Sequence record: NZ_CP017041.1
Strand: one strand, 5' to 3'
From: a plasmid
DNA: 64,000 bases
In this document: one piece after another, positions 56,640 to 64,000 of the stretch
Layout: every line of letters begins with the position of its first letter
Numbering within the stretch: the first letter of the stretch is position 1
Notes under the pieces: generated by a model
Seen by the model: the letters and a program-made list of their open reading frames with translations, nothing else
Told to the model about the DNA's origin: nothing
Database searches by the model: none
Made by a program: the position numbers and the translations under genes

Positions 56640-57116
56640 TTATGAGGCGCTGGCCTGTTTCGGGCGGCCTGCCTTAGGCTGGCGTGTCCGCGCCCACTGC
56701 TCGGCGGCGGCTTTGGGAAACAGCGGGCCGGCCGCGGTCTTGATGACAGGTGCGGGGAACCCGGCGGTGGCGGCAAGCTGACGGATACGCTGACGTGAGA
56801 GGCCCGCAAGGTGAGCGATCTCGGTGTATCCGACTACTGGGGGAAACAGTGGCCGGTCAAGGTCTGCGAAGAACTCTCCTTCGGGGCGGGCCTCGAGTCC
56901 TGTCACGGTGACATCGCCGCACGCCTCGACGATAGCTGTGCGGGCTGTCTCGGCAGCATGGAGCAGGGAGTCAGCTTCGACGAACACCGAAATTGATCCG
57001 GTGTGCCCGTCCTGGCTCAGTGAGGCGACCGGGGACAGATGATCGAGTGCTTCCAGGGCATCGAGCATCATGTCTTCGCTGACTGCGCGAAGGGACAGGC
57101 GAACGTGCCACATCAT
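56640..57116 (-). CDS. hicB: HicB-family antitoxin
   Basis: N-terminal HicB-like fold (MMWHVRLSLRAVSEDMMLDALE...). C-terminal HTH (YTEIAHLAGLSRQRIRQLAATAGFP). It is downstream of hicA on the minus strand. Confidence 0.5.
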   Translation of the reverse strand: MMWHVRLSLRAVSEDMMLDALEALDHLSPVASLSQDGHTGSISVFVEADSLLHAAETARTAIVEACGDVTVTGLEARPEGEFFADLDRPLFPPVVGYTEIAHLAGLSRQRIRQLAATAGFPAPVIKTAAGPLFPKAAAEQWARTRQPKAGRPKQASAS

Positions 57117-57186
57117 GCATTCTCCTTTCGTGTCGATGTATCTCATGGAGGGGATAGGGGGCTGGGGCTCCAGCCCCCCGTGACTG

Positions 57187-57396
57187 CTAGACAGTGAATC
57201 CCGAGCGCCTCAGTTCGGAAAGCATGTTGGCCCATGCTCTGCGATCCGATGGAGTCTTGTGGATCATGACCGCTGATCGTGACGTATCCGGCGGGTAGAT
57301 CATCCATCCCTTGCGCCGGGTCTCGATGCGGGCACCTTGCTCAGATTCCAGTTCCTTGAACAGTTTCTTAAGCGACTTGCGGTACTCGTTTCCCAT
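57187..57396 (-). CDS. hicA: HicA-family toxin
   Basis: 69 aa ORF: ...LKKLFKELESEQGARIETRRKGWMIYPPDTSRSAVMIHKTPSDRRAWANMLSELRRSGF. Confidence 0.6.
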   Translation of the reverse strand: MGNEYRKSLKKLFKELESEQGARIETRRKGWMIYPPDTSRSAVMIHKTPSDRRAWANMLSELRRSGFTV

Positions 57397-57519
57397 GTCT
57401 CACCTCCCCTGTTGAGTTGTGAGACCAGCATAACACTAAACACTTCCCAATGACAAGGGTTTAGTGTTTGTGGGGTGACTTAGCCGATAGTGCGCTACCT
57501 CTCCCCCGCTTATCGGCGC

Positions 57520-57843
57520 TTAGACGGTGAGGGCTTGGGTTACGAGGTCGAGGGGAAGCTGGTAGAGGCGGGCCAGGGTGTCGATGCTGAGGTGGGGGTC
57601 CAGGGTGGAGGCGGCGATGATGGCCCCGTGGAGCATCCATAGGGCGCTTTCGTCGGTGGGGTTGTCGAGCCAGCGTTGGCGGATGTCGGCGAAGGGGTAA
57701 TGGTTTAACAGGAGCAGGCAGGCTCCCATGGAGTAGTCCTCAACTTCGTCGTCGCTGAGGCGGTCGATGTGGTTGATGTCAGCGAGGACGGTGCCGAAGA
57801 TATCGCTGTCAGATTCGGTGATGTCATCCATATTGGGGTGCAT
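57520..57843 (-). CDS. Small acidic protein, unknown function
   Basis: 107 aa ORF. It is strongly acidic (D/E-rich N-terminus: MHPNMDDITESDSDIFG...SDDEVEDY). Confidence 0.4.
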   Translation of the reverse strand: MHPNMDDITESDSDIFGTVLADINHIDRLSDDEVEDYSMGACLLLLNHYPFADIRQRWLDNPTDESALWMLHGAIIAASTLDPHLSIDTLARLYQLPLDLVTQALTV

Positions 57844-58066
57844 AGGGGCTCCTGAGATGTCGTCGCTAGGGAAAGGTTAGAGGAGGTTGGGGTAGCTGGC
57901 GGGGTCGACACTCGATGCAAAGATGCATAAGTGTCCGCTATGGTGGGGGTGCAGTGGGCTCCTGTGGTGGCTGGGGGATCGTTGTATGTGGGCTGGGGTT
58001 TCCCCTCGCAACACGCCGATACACATATATACAGATACATAGATGCACATGTGTAATGATGTATTT

Positions 58067-58129
58067 ATGCGTAGTATTTCTATTGTCAACACCAAGGGTG
58101 GGGTTGGGAAGACGACCACGGCGGTCTAC
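58067..58129 (+). pseudogene. parA N-terminal fragment interrupted by IS insertion
   Basis: MRSISIVNTKGGVGKTTTAVYL (canonical KGGVGKTT Walker A) stops at the left IS inverted repeat. An AT-rich promoter-like tract lies upstream. Confidence 0.4.
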
Positions 58130-58179
58130 CTAGGGTGTGTCTCCTATATGTGAGGTGAGGGTCGCGAGATACTGGCGGG

Positions 58180-58596
58180 GTGAATGAGAAGTCTCGGTTT
58201 GAGGCGATGACGGATGAGCAGTGGGAGCGTGTGGAGCCCCTGTTGCCAACGAACTGTGGGCGTCGGGGTCGCCCGTTCTCGAATAGTCGGATGATCGTCA
58301 ACGGGATCATCTACCGCTACAGGACGGGGATTCCTTGGAGAGACCTGCCTCGTGAGAGGTATGGGCCGTGGCAGACGGTGTGGAAGCGTCACCGCTCCTA
58401 CGCGAGGCGGGGCGTGTGGGATTGTGTCCTTTTTCAGGTGGTGGCCCAAGCGGATTCGGCTGGGAAAGTGGATTGGACGGTCAGCATTGACGCCACGATC
58501 AACCGTGCCCACCAACACGCCACGAACACGACGCGCCCCGACCAGGACACGGGGGGCTTCATCGAACTACAAGAATTCTCCGCTGGGCGAGGATGA
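58180..58596 (+). CDS. IS5/IS427-group transposase OrfA
   Basis: RYRTGIPWRDLPRERYGPWQTVWKRHRSYARRGVWD matches IS427-type OrfA. Confidence 0.75.
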   Translation: MNEKSRFEAMTDEQWERVEPLLPTNCGRRGRPFSNSRMIVNGIIYRYRTGIPWRDLPRERYGPWQTVWKRHRSYARRGVWDCVLFQVVAQADSAGKVDWTVSIDATINRAHQHATNTTRPDQDTGGFIELQEFSAGRG

Positions 58597-59090
58597 GCCT
58601 GCAGGTCACGGCATTGGACGCTCGCGCGGGGGGGTTGACCACGAAGATCCACCAGGTCGTGGACGGCAACGGGCGTCCCTTGGCCATGGTCGTCACTGGA
58701 GGCCAGCGCAACGACGGCGCGATGATGCAGGACACCTTGAAGGACATCTACGTCCCCAGGCCCACCGGCAGGCCCCGCACCACACCCGACACGGTCATGG
58801 CGGACCGGGGCTACACGTCGGGCGTGAACCGTGAATACCTTCGAGATCACCACGTCAAGGCAGTGATCCCCCAGAAGAAGAACGAGATCGCCTCCCGGAA
58901 GAAGAAGGGCTCCAAGGGAGGCCATCCACCCGCCTTTGACGCAGAGGCATACAAGGGACGAAACGTCGTGGAACGCTCCTTCAACAGCGTCAAACAGTGG
59001 CGTGGTCTGGCCACCAGGTACGACAAGCTTGCCGTCACCTACAGGTCAGCCACAGTCCTACACGCCATCCTCCAATGGCTCCAAATATAG
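58593..59090 (+). CDS. IS5/IS427-group transposase OrfB (DDE catalytic part; probably expressed by programmed frameshift from OrfA)
   Basis: ...ADRGYTSGVNREYLRDHHVKAVIPQKKNE...RNVVERSFNSVKQWRGLATRYDK matches the DDE transposase C-terminus. Confidence 0.75.
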   Translation: MSLQVTALDARAGGLTTKIHQVVDGNGRPLAMVVTGGQRNDGAMMQDTLKDIYVPRPTGRPRTTPDTVMADRGYTSGVNREYLRDHHVKAVIPQKKNEIASRKKKGSKGGHPPAFDAEAYKGRNVVERSFNSVKQWRGLATRYDKLAVTYRSATVLHAILQWLQI

Positions 59091-59171
59091 GAGACACGCC
59101 CTAGACCCATTGACCCCTATCAACCCTGTTAGTACTGTCAGAGTCAATAGTATCAACCCAAGGAGGAACCC

Positions 59172-59342
59172 ATGAGCTACATCACCCGCACCGGAAACCT
59201 GGCCGGCGCCCCCGAGCTGCGCGAGGGAGAGCGTGGCCCGTACACCTACGCCCGCGTCATCGTGTCCGACCGCATCCGCCAGGAGGACGGCAGCTACACC
59301 GACGGACCGGCGGCAGCCGATTCGTCGGCACCGCGCCCCTGA
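59172..59342 (+). pseudogene. SSB (single-stranded DNA-binding protein) N-terminal fragment
   Basis: 56-codon ORF with RBS aggagg: MSYITRTGNLAGAPELREGERGPYTYARVIVSDRIRQ... It is like the SSB OB-fold start (ITVVGNLTADPELRF). Confidence 0.4.
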
Positions 59343-59373
59343 CAGTACTATTGACACTATTGGAGGTATCACC

Positions 59374-60172
59374 GTGACCGCTCAAATCTTCGCCCTCTGC
59401 AACCAGAAGGGCGGCGTCGGCAAGTCGACGACGACATTTCACCTGGCCCGCGCCGCGGTGCTGCGCGGCCAGCGCGTGCTTGTGGTCGACAACGATCCCC
59501 AGGGGAACCTGACGTCCGTCGCGGCCGCCGAGCCCGTCGGGGAAGACCAGGCAGGACTGGCCGACGCGCTCAGTGCGCGCGCGCCCGAGACCATCCGCGA
59601 CGTGATCGTGCCGGGAGTCTGGCCCGGCCTCGACGTCGTGCCGACGTCGGGAGTCACGCTCGGCTACGTGCGCGACGAGACTCGTGATCGCCGGGGCCGG
59701 CCGAGAGGGCCGGCTGCGCGAGGTCCTGGCCGCCGTCGCTGGCGACTACGACGTGATCCTGATCGACTGCGCACCGAGCCTGGACCAGCTCACGATCAAC
59801 GGCCTAACGGCCGCGCAGGGCGTCGTCGTTGTGACCCACTCGAAGCTGTGGAGCGCGAATGGCTTGGCGCAGCTGCTCGACACGATCGAGAGCGTGCGCG
59901 CCTACTACAACCCCGAGCTGTGCGTGGCGGGCATCATCGTCAACCAGCACGAGGAGAACACCGTCAGCGGAAAGACCTGGCTCGGCGAGCTGGCCCAGGC
60001 CGCCGAGTCCCGAGGGCTGAGCGTGCTCAGCCCTCCGATCCCGAAGCGCGTCGTCATCGCAGACGCCACCGAGGCCGCGCGCGGCCTCGACGAGTGGGGG
60101 AGTGCCGAGGCGACCGCACTCGGCCAGCTTTACGCCGACCACCTGACCAGTATCGAAGGAGTCCTGTCATGA
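59374..60172 (+). pseudogene. parA: parA with internal frameshift (or sequencing error) near 59690
   Basis: A GTG start with a ggaggt RBS gives VTAQIFALCNQKGGVGKSTTTFHLA...VLVVDNDPQGN. The frame is lost after ...LGYVRDE. The remainder (LVIAGAGREGRLREVLAAVAGDYDVILIDCAPSL...) continues in the +1 frame to 60172. Confidence 0.55.
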
Positions 60173-60546
60173 ACCGCCCATCCCCCCGCAAGTCCTCACT
60201 GAGCGGATCGAGCCCGGTCGCCCCGCCGCCGGCAGAGACGCCCGAGACGAAGCCGACACCGGCCGCGCCCGTCACGCGCAAGGCCGAGGAACCGTCGACG
60301 AGCGGCAAGAAGAAGTGGCGGCACAAGGTGTCGTTCTACCAGGACCCGGCCGACACCGACCGGGTGCGAGGAGCGATCCTGCACACGATGGTGCAAGAGG
60401 GCAACCGGAACCTGAGCCAGTTCGTCAACGACGCCGTGATGGCCAAGGTCGAGGAGCTGGAAGCCAAGTACAACCACGGCGAGCCCTTCCCCGCCGTGGG
60501 AGCCCGAGAGCTGCCCCAGGGCGGCGCGGCCGCCGCTGGCGAGTAA
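60169..60546 (+). CDS. Partition/centromere-binding protein candidate (ParG/RHH-like) downstream of parA
   Basis: Pro/Ala-rich N-terminus, then KVSFYQDPADTDRVRGAILHTMVQEGNRNLSQFVNDAVMAKVEEL. ATGA overlap with the parA stop. Confidence 0.45.
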   Translation: MNRPSPRKSSLSGSSPVAPPPAETPETKPTPAAPVTRKAEEPSTSGKKKWRHKVSFYQDPADTDRVRGAILHTMVQEGNRNLSQFVNDAVMAKVEELEAKYNHGEPFPAVGARELPQGGAAAAGE

Positions 60547-60552
60547 GAACCC

Positions 60553-61002
60553 ATGAAGGCGCGCGCCATCGCCACAGTGGCCCTGCTGGGCCTGCTGGCC
60601 GGGTGCGCACCGAGCACGTCGGCCGCCTCGACGGCGACCGTCACCGTCGGTACCCGCCAGTTCCAGGTGGAGGTCGCAGACACCGCGGACGAGCAACGAA
60701 CCGGACTCAGCGGACGAGCCGAGGTGCCTGAGGGCACCGGAATGCTGTTCACGTTCGCCGGCCGCCAGGAGCGGCAGGTGTGGATGGCCGGCATGCAGAC
60801 CCGGATCGACGCGGCATGGATCGTCGATGACCAGGTGCTCGCCGTCGAGACCCTGGACCCGTGCACGATGACCGATCAGAGCATGTGCCCGCGCTGGACG
60901 TCGCCTGGCGACGTCGACGCACTGCTGGAAGTCCCCGCCGGCGCACTCGAAGGTGTGCCGGTCGGAGAGACCGTCACCATCCGAGAGGACACCCCATCAT
61001 GA
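60553..61002 (+). CDS. DUF192-family lipoprotein
   Basis: Lipobox (LLAGCAPS). ...QFQVEVADTADEQRTGLSGRAEVPEGTGMLFTF...VWMAGMQTRIDAAWIVDD... matches the DUF192 (COG1430) pattern. Confidence 0.5.
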   Translation: MKARAIATVALLGLLAGCAPSTSAASTATVTVGTRQFQVEVADTADEQRTGLSGRAEVPEGTGMLFTFAGRQERQVWMAGMQTRIDAAWIVDDQVLAVETLDPCTMTDQSMCPRWTSPGDVDALLEVPAGALEGVPVGETVTIREDTPS

Positions 61003-61415
61003 CCACGACGACCGCCGACGCGCTGCGCGCCTGGGCGAAAGGCATCTACCCGAGTGAGGCCGGCGTCGAGCTGCTGATCCGGTCCGGGCGAGCCGTCTAC
61101 GACGGCGCACCCTGGATCACCCGAGACGGCGACATGGCATGGATCGACGTCGACGAGCTGCTGCGCGAGACCGGAGCCTGGTCGGGAGGAGAGCGACGCC
61201 TGGTGCGCATCGCCGCGTCGCTGCTGGGCGGCCCCGCCGTCGACCTGTCCGAGGACGTGCCCGGCCTCGACCGTCAGGCGGCCGCCCTGGTGCTCGCTGC
61301 CATCGCACACGCCAACGGCTCGCACGAGCACTCAGAGTTTCAGTTCAACGAGGACGGCACACCGCGAGGCTTCTCGCGGGTGCCCACGCTGTATCCCTGG
61401 CCAGAGACCCGATAG
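60999..61415 (+). CDS. Hypothetical protein
   Basis: 138 aa from ATG 60999, coupled to the upstream gene. Confidence 0.4.
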   Translation: MTTTTADALRAWAKGIYPSEAGVELLIRSGRAVYDGAPWITRDGDMAWIDVDELLRETGAWSGGERRLVRIAASLLGGPAVDLSEDVPGLDRQAAALVLAAIAHANGSHEHSEFQFNEDGTPRGFSRVPTLYPWPETR

Positions 61416-61439
61416 CGCACTACCCGAGGAGATGCGGCA

Positions 61440-61673
61440 ATGGCCACGAAGTGCCCACACTCAGACGTCGACGTCAACGGCTACTGCTACGCATGCGGAG
61501 CCTACGTCGAGGGCCGCGACGCCGGCGCGGCGATCGCGGCGCTGTTCCCGGAGTTGTACGAGGCCGTGACCGAGCGGCCGGCCTGGCTGGATGCCAAGAG
61601 CGACGGCCCGATGGCCGACGCGCTCCGACCGCTGCGCGAGGCGTCGCAGGACGAGGACGGCGAGGACCGGTAA
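61440..61673 (+). CDS. Small zinc-ribbon-like protein
   Basis: MATKCPHSDVDVNGYCYACGAY... (C-x11-C-x2-C) with an acidic C-terminus. Confidence 0.4.
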   Translation: MATKCPHSDVDVNGYCYACGAYVEGRDAGAAIAALFPELYEAVTERPAWLDAKSDGPMADALRPLREASQDEDGEDR

Positions 61674-61903
61674 CGATCGTTTACGGCGCCCAGGCAGCGG
61701 GACCGTTGCAACGCCCGCGCAAACGTCGATCGGAATCGCGTTTCGGAGGACGTTTACGGCAGCTGGTAGTCAGGCGCGCAGCGCCTGACGCTGTTCAGGT
61801 ACGGCCACCAGTGATGATGGCTTCGGGGTGCCACTTGAGCATGTACTGGAACAGGGGATCGAGGATAGAAATAGTGGCTTCTCGGTCCTGTCCCTTTACC
61901 GGC

Positions 61904-62263
61904 TCATCCGAATCCAGGGTGTAGTCGGGGTCTGAACCCGCCGGTCTCGAGCAGGGATCTGGCGATGTAGTTGGTCAGGTTGCGGAACCCCAGCGCCGAG
62001 CCGCGCAGGTGCTCGAGCCTGCCGTTGATCGCCTCGGTGGGCCCGTTGGAGGTGCTGGGCCGGTCGAAGTAGGCCAGCACGTCGGCGGCGCGCTTCTTCA
62101 GCGTCCTGCCGAGCTTGGTGATCTCGACCAGGGCCTTGGGGACGCCGGTGCTGATCGAGTCGATGAGCCGGGCCATCAGCTCGCGGCCGTGGCGCCGGTT
62201 CTCGTGGCGGTAGGCGGCGATCATGGGCTGGTAGACGCTCCGTGACCTCGACCTGGGCGTCGT
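61904..62263 (-). pseudogene. ISL3-family transposase C-terminal fragment
   Basis: ...VLAYFDRPSTSNGPTEAINGRLEHLRGSALGFRNLTNYIARSLLETGGF is the conserved ISL3 C-terminus. The N-terminal body is absent; the remainder of the 354-aa ORF is unrelated Arg-rich readthrough. Confidence 0.5.
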
Positions 62264-62392
62264 CGGCGAGCAGGGTGTCCAGTCGGTCCTTCTGCTTGTC
62301 GTTGAGCAGGTCGGCGCCGTTACCGCTGCCGCACCGACCAGACGCATGTCTACAGGGAATCCGCGCCCATCGACGACCTGGTCGAAGACCTC

Positions 62393-62842
62393 ATGGTCAA
62401 GGCCCTGCGCAAGGTCGAGATGAGGGCCCTGTTGGCACCCGCCGCGCCCGACGTCGATGCGGCCGCCATCCAGCGGGAGTTGGCCGACATCGACGCCAAG
62501 AGGATCCACTACGCCACAATGCTGGCCGACGACGAGATGGACGACGCTCAGTTCAAGGCCGCCAACAAGCGGCTCGCCGCGCGTCGCGCGGCGTTGGAGG
62601 AGCAACTGCCAGCCCCGGTCTCCCCGGTGGCCCAGCGCATTCTCGATGTGCCCCCGGAGACCGTGGCCAACGAGTGGGCCCTGCTCGACCAGGACGAGAA
62701 GCGGGCCCTGATCGACGCACTGTTCACTATCGAGCTGGCGGCCCCCGGCACCAAGGAGAACGCCTACAAGGACTGGCGGAAGAGGATCGTGAACCCCGAG
62801 ACGGTCATCGTGACGCCGAAGCAGCAGGGTAAGGTTGCTTAG
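62393..62842 (+). pseudogene. Recombinase-like C-terminal fragment (coiled-coil region), N-terminally truncated
   Basis: 149 aa with an Ala/Arg-rich helical segment (KRIHYATMLADDEMDDAQFKAANKRLAARRAALEEQL). There is no catalytic domain. The assignment is weak. Confidence 0.25.
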
Positions 62843-63353
62843 GTGTTTCGCATCGACGGTCGAACAGCGACCAACCCTGCTTGGTGAGGCGATAGCACTT
62901 GCCAAAGACGTCGGCCAGCTCGACCAGGTCGCCACCCGCCGCGAACTCGGCCATGCCCCCGCCGACATGCTGGGTGAGGGTGCTGCGGCCCACCAGCTGC
63001 CACGTCAGGGCGTGGGCGTCGCCGCTCATCAGCCGCCACAGCAGGCGCACGTCCAGAGCAGCGCTGGGGCTGAAGACCACTTCGGCGGCTGCCCCCACAA
63101 CAGTGGTCACGTTCAGTGCCTGCTTCTTGGTCAGGCCCGCAGCATCGGCCCACCTCGACCTGGCCTCTGTCCGACGGTGTCGCATGTGCTCGCGGGAATC
63201 CAGCCAAGAGCCGGCCTCCGGGTGGGTGCGATCCACGTATGGCTCGAGATCATCGCCGTACTGCAGCGCCCGCTTGTAGAACTCGTCAACCACCCGCAAA
63301 GCCCGCTGCTGGCGATCCACTGGGACATCGGGCGCCAGCACCCAGACCGCCAT
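62805..63353 (-). CDS. Hypothetical protein
   Basis: 182 aa ORF with no recognizable domain. Confidence 0.3.
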   Translation of the reverse strand: MAVWVLAPDVPVDRQQRALRVVDEFYKRALQYGDDLEPYVDRTHPEAGSWLDSREHMRHRRTEARSRWADAAGLTKKQALNVTTVVGAAAEVVFSPSAALDVRLLWRLMSGDAHALTWQLVGRSTLTQHVGGGMAEFAAGGDLVELADVFGKCYRLTKQGWSLFDRRCETPKQPYPAASASR

Positions 63354-63523
63354 GGCTGTGTCAAGCTAATCCGGCCCCGGAATGACGGCCTCAATTGGCT
63401 CCACCCCGTTACGTGCGGACAGGATCCGTTCGGGATCGGATAGCGGACACCTACCCGCCCGGTTTCGAAGCGAGCCAGCAGGCCCATGGCACGCGCGTGG
63501 GGTTGCGTGCCATGGGGTTGGTG

Positions 63524-63847
63524 TCAGTGCTGGGGCGGAAAGCGCCTCTTGACGACCCCGCGGGTGACGCCCTTCCAGTCGGTGTTGTCGGTGGCGATGG
63601 TGCCCCGTGTGGTGTCCCTGTAGCCGGCCTCGTCGATGTGGGTGGCCTGTCGCGTGGTGTAGTTCCACGGCGCGCTGCTGGCTTCGGAGGTTCGCGGGGC
63701 AGCCGCTTCGGGGGCGGGCTCTTGGCGCTCTGGCTGGACGGCCGACGCTTCGGCCTTGGGCTGGACGGCGGGCGCGGGGGTCTGCGGGGTGAACGGGCTG
63801 CTTCCTGTGTCGATGGTGTAGCCGTCGACGGAGGTGTAGTAGCGCAT
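63524..63847 (-). CDS. Hypothetical Pro/Ala-rich protein
   Basis: 107 aa ORF. It is low complexity, and its coding status is uncertain. Confidence 0.25.
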   Translation of the reverse strand: MRYYTSVDGYTIDTGSSPFTPQTPAPAVQPKAEASAVQPERQEPAPEAAAPRTSEASSAPWNYTTRQATHIDEAGYRDTTRGTIATDNTDWKGVTRGVVKRRFPPQH

Positions 63848-64000
63848 GGTTCCTTCTTGGGTTGATCGTTCTAGCGAATGGGTTGGGGTTGGACGTTCGC
63901 GGGGGCGGTCGCCCGGGGTCGTGTGGTTGGCCGGGTCACTGGGTGGGTGGTGTGGTGATGGGCGCTCCTGTGGGGGTGAGAAGGCTGGTCAGTGCTGGCT

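Larger units (their letters stand above)
58130..59104 (+). mobile_element. IS5-family (IS427-group-like) insertion sequence with orfA/orfB frameshift organisation
   Basis: Terminal inverted repeats CTAGGGTGTGTCTCCTATATGTGAGG (left) and its near-complement CTCCAAATATAGGAGACACGCCCTAG (right). CTAG is present at both junctions. Confidence 0.8.

Noticed and set aside
59233-60546. 437-aa ORF spanning the parA region in a third frame.
   Set aside because: It is a chimeric readthrough, Arg/Pro-rich in its first 300 aa. Only its last 125 aa (from ATG 60169) look like a real protein (ParG-like). The true parA is in two other frames.
61139-61924. 261-aa Arg-rich ORF overlapping the zinc-ribbon gene and intergenic region.
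   Set aside because: It is an extreme Arg/Pro/Gly low-complexity translation. The better-supported small genes occupy other frames.
1-64000. CRISPR arrays, rRNA and tRNA genes.
   Set aside because: No regularly spaced short direct repeats with unique spacers were found. The tandem repeats found are 23 bp x3 inside a CDS and 296 bp x3, neither CRISPR-like. No rRNA-like or tRNA-like conserved stretches were recognised by inspection.

Overview
The window is a two-part mosaic. Bases 1 to about 12,100 have low GC (roughly 43-47%) and carry a compact NRPS island, all on the minus strand. It encodes SbnA/SbnB-type 2,3-diaminopropionate (Dap) synthesis enzymes, an A-PCP-C protein, an A-PCP protein, a type II thioesterase, an ATP-grasp ligase and a transporter. 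A divergent Sfp-type PPTase and a ParB/Srx-fold protein complete the island. From about 12.5 kb to the end, GC rises to roughly 63-68%. This part looks like an actinobacterial conjugative plasmid or ICE backbone. It carries a Gram-positive-type T4SS module (FtsK/SpoIIIE coupling ATPase, VirB4-like ATPase, VirB6-like membrane protein, NlpC/P60 hydrolase, small VirB2/VirB3-like membrane proteins) and a WhiB-like regulator. An IS607-family element (tnpA-tnpB) sits between the coupling-protein and T4SS blocks. There is a complete Tad/Flp pilus locus: cpaB, tadZ, tadA, tadB, tadC, flp and three tadE-like genes, with a separate prepilin peptidase about 15 kb away. The tad operon ends in an unusual LysM-LysM transmembrane protein with a C-terminal SARP (wHTH+BTAD) module. 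Two partition modules are present, one preceded by a 296-bp x3 tandem array containing AT-rich ATAGCT iteron-like motifs. Toxin-antitoxin pairs include HicAB (two copies) and BrnT/BrnA-like. Between 51 and 57 kb lies an accessory cassette bounded by diverged ~150-bp direct repeats. It carries a NUDIX-LOG fusion enzyme, RHH proteins, a Rep-like gene with internal 23-bp iterons and a secreted DUF1524/HNH nuclease. Decay is visible throughout: an IS5/IS427-group insertion, a TnpB remnant, a solo IS607 right-end-like hairpin, ISL3 and recombinase fragments, a frameshifted parA, and an SSB fragment. I found no rRNA, tRNA or CRISPR. In the high-GC part, many long antisense or overlapping ORFs in the six-frame track are composition artifacts and are not called.
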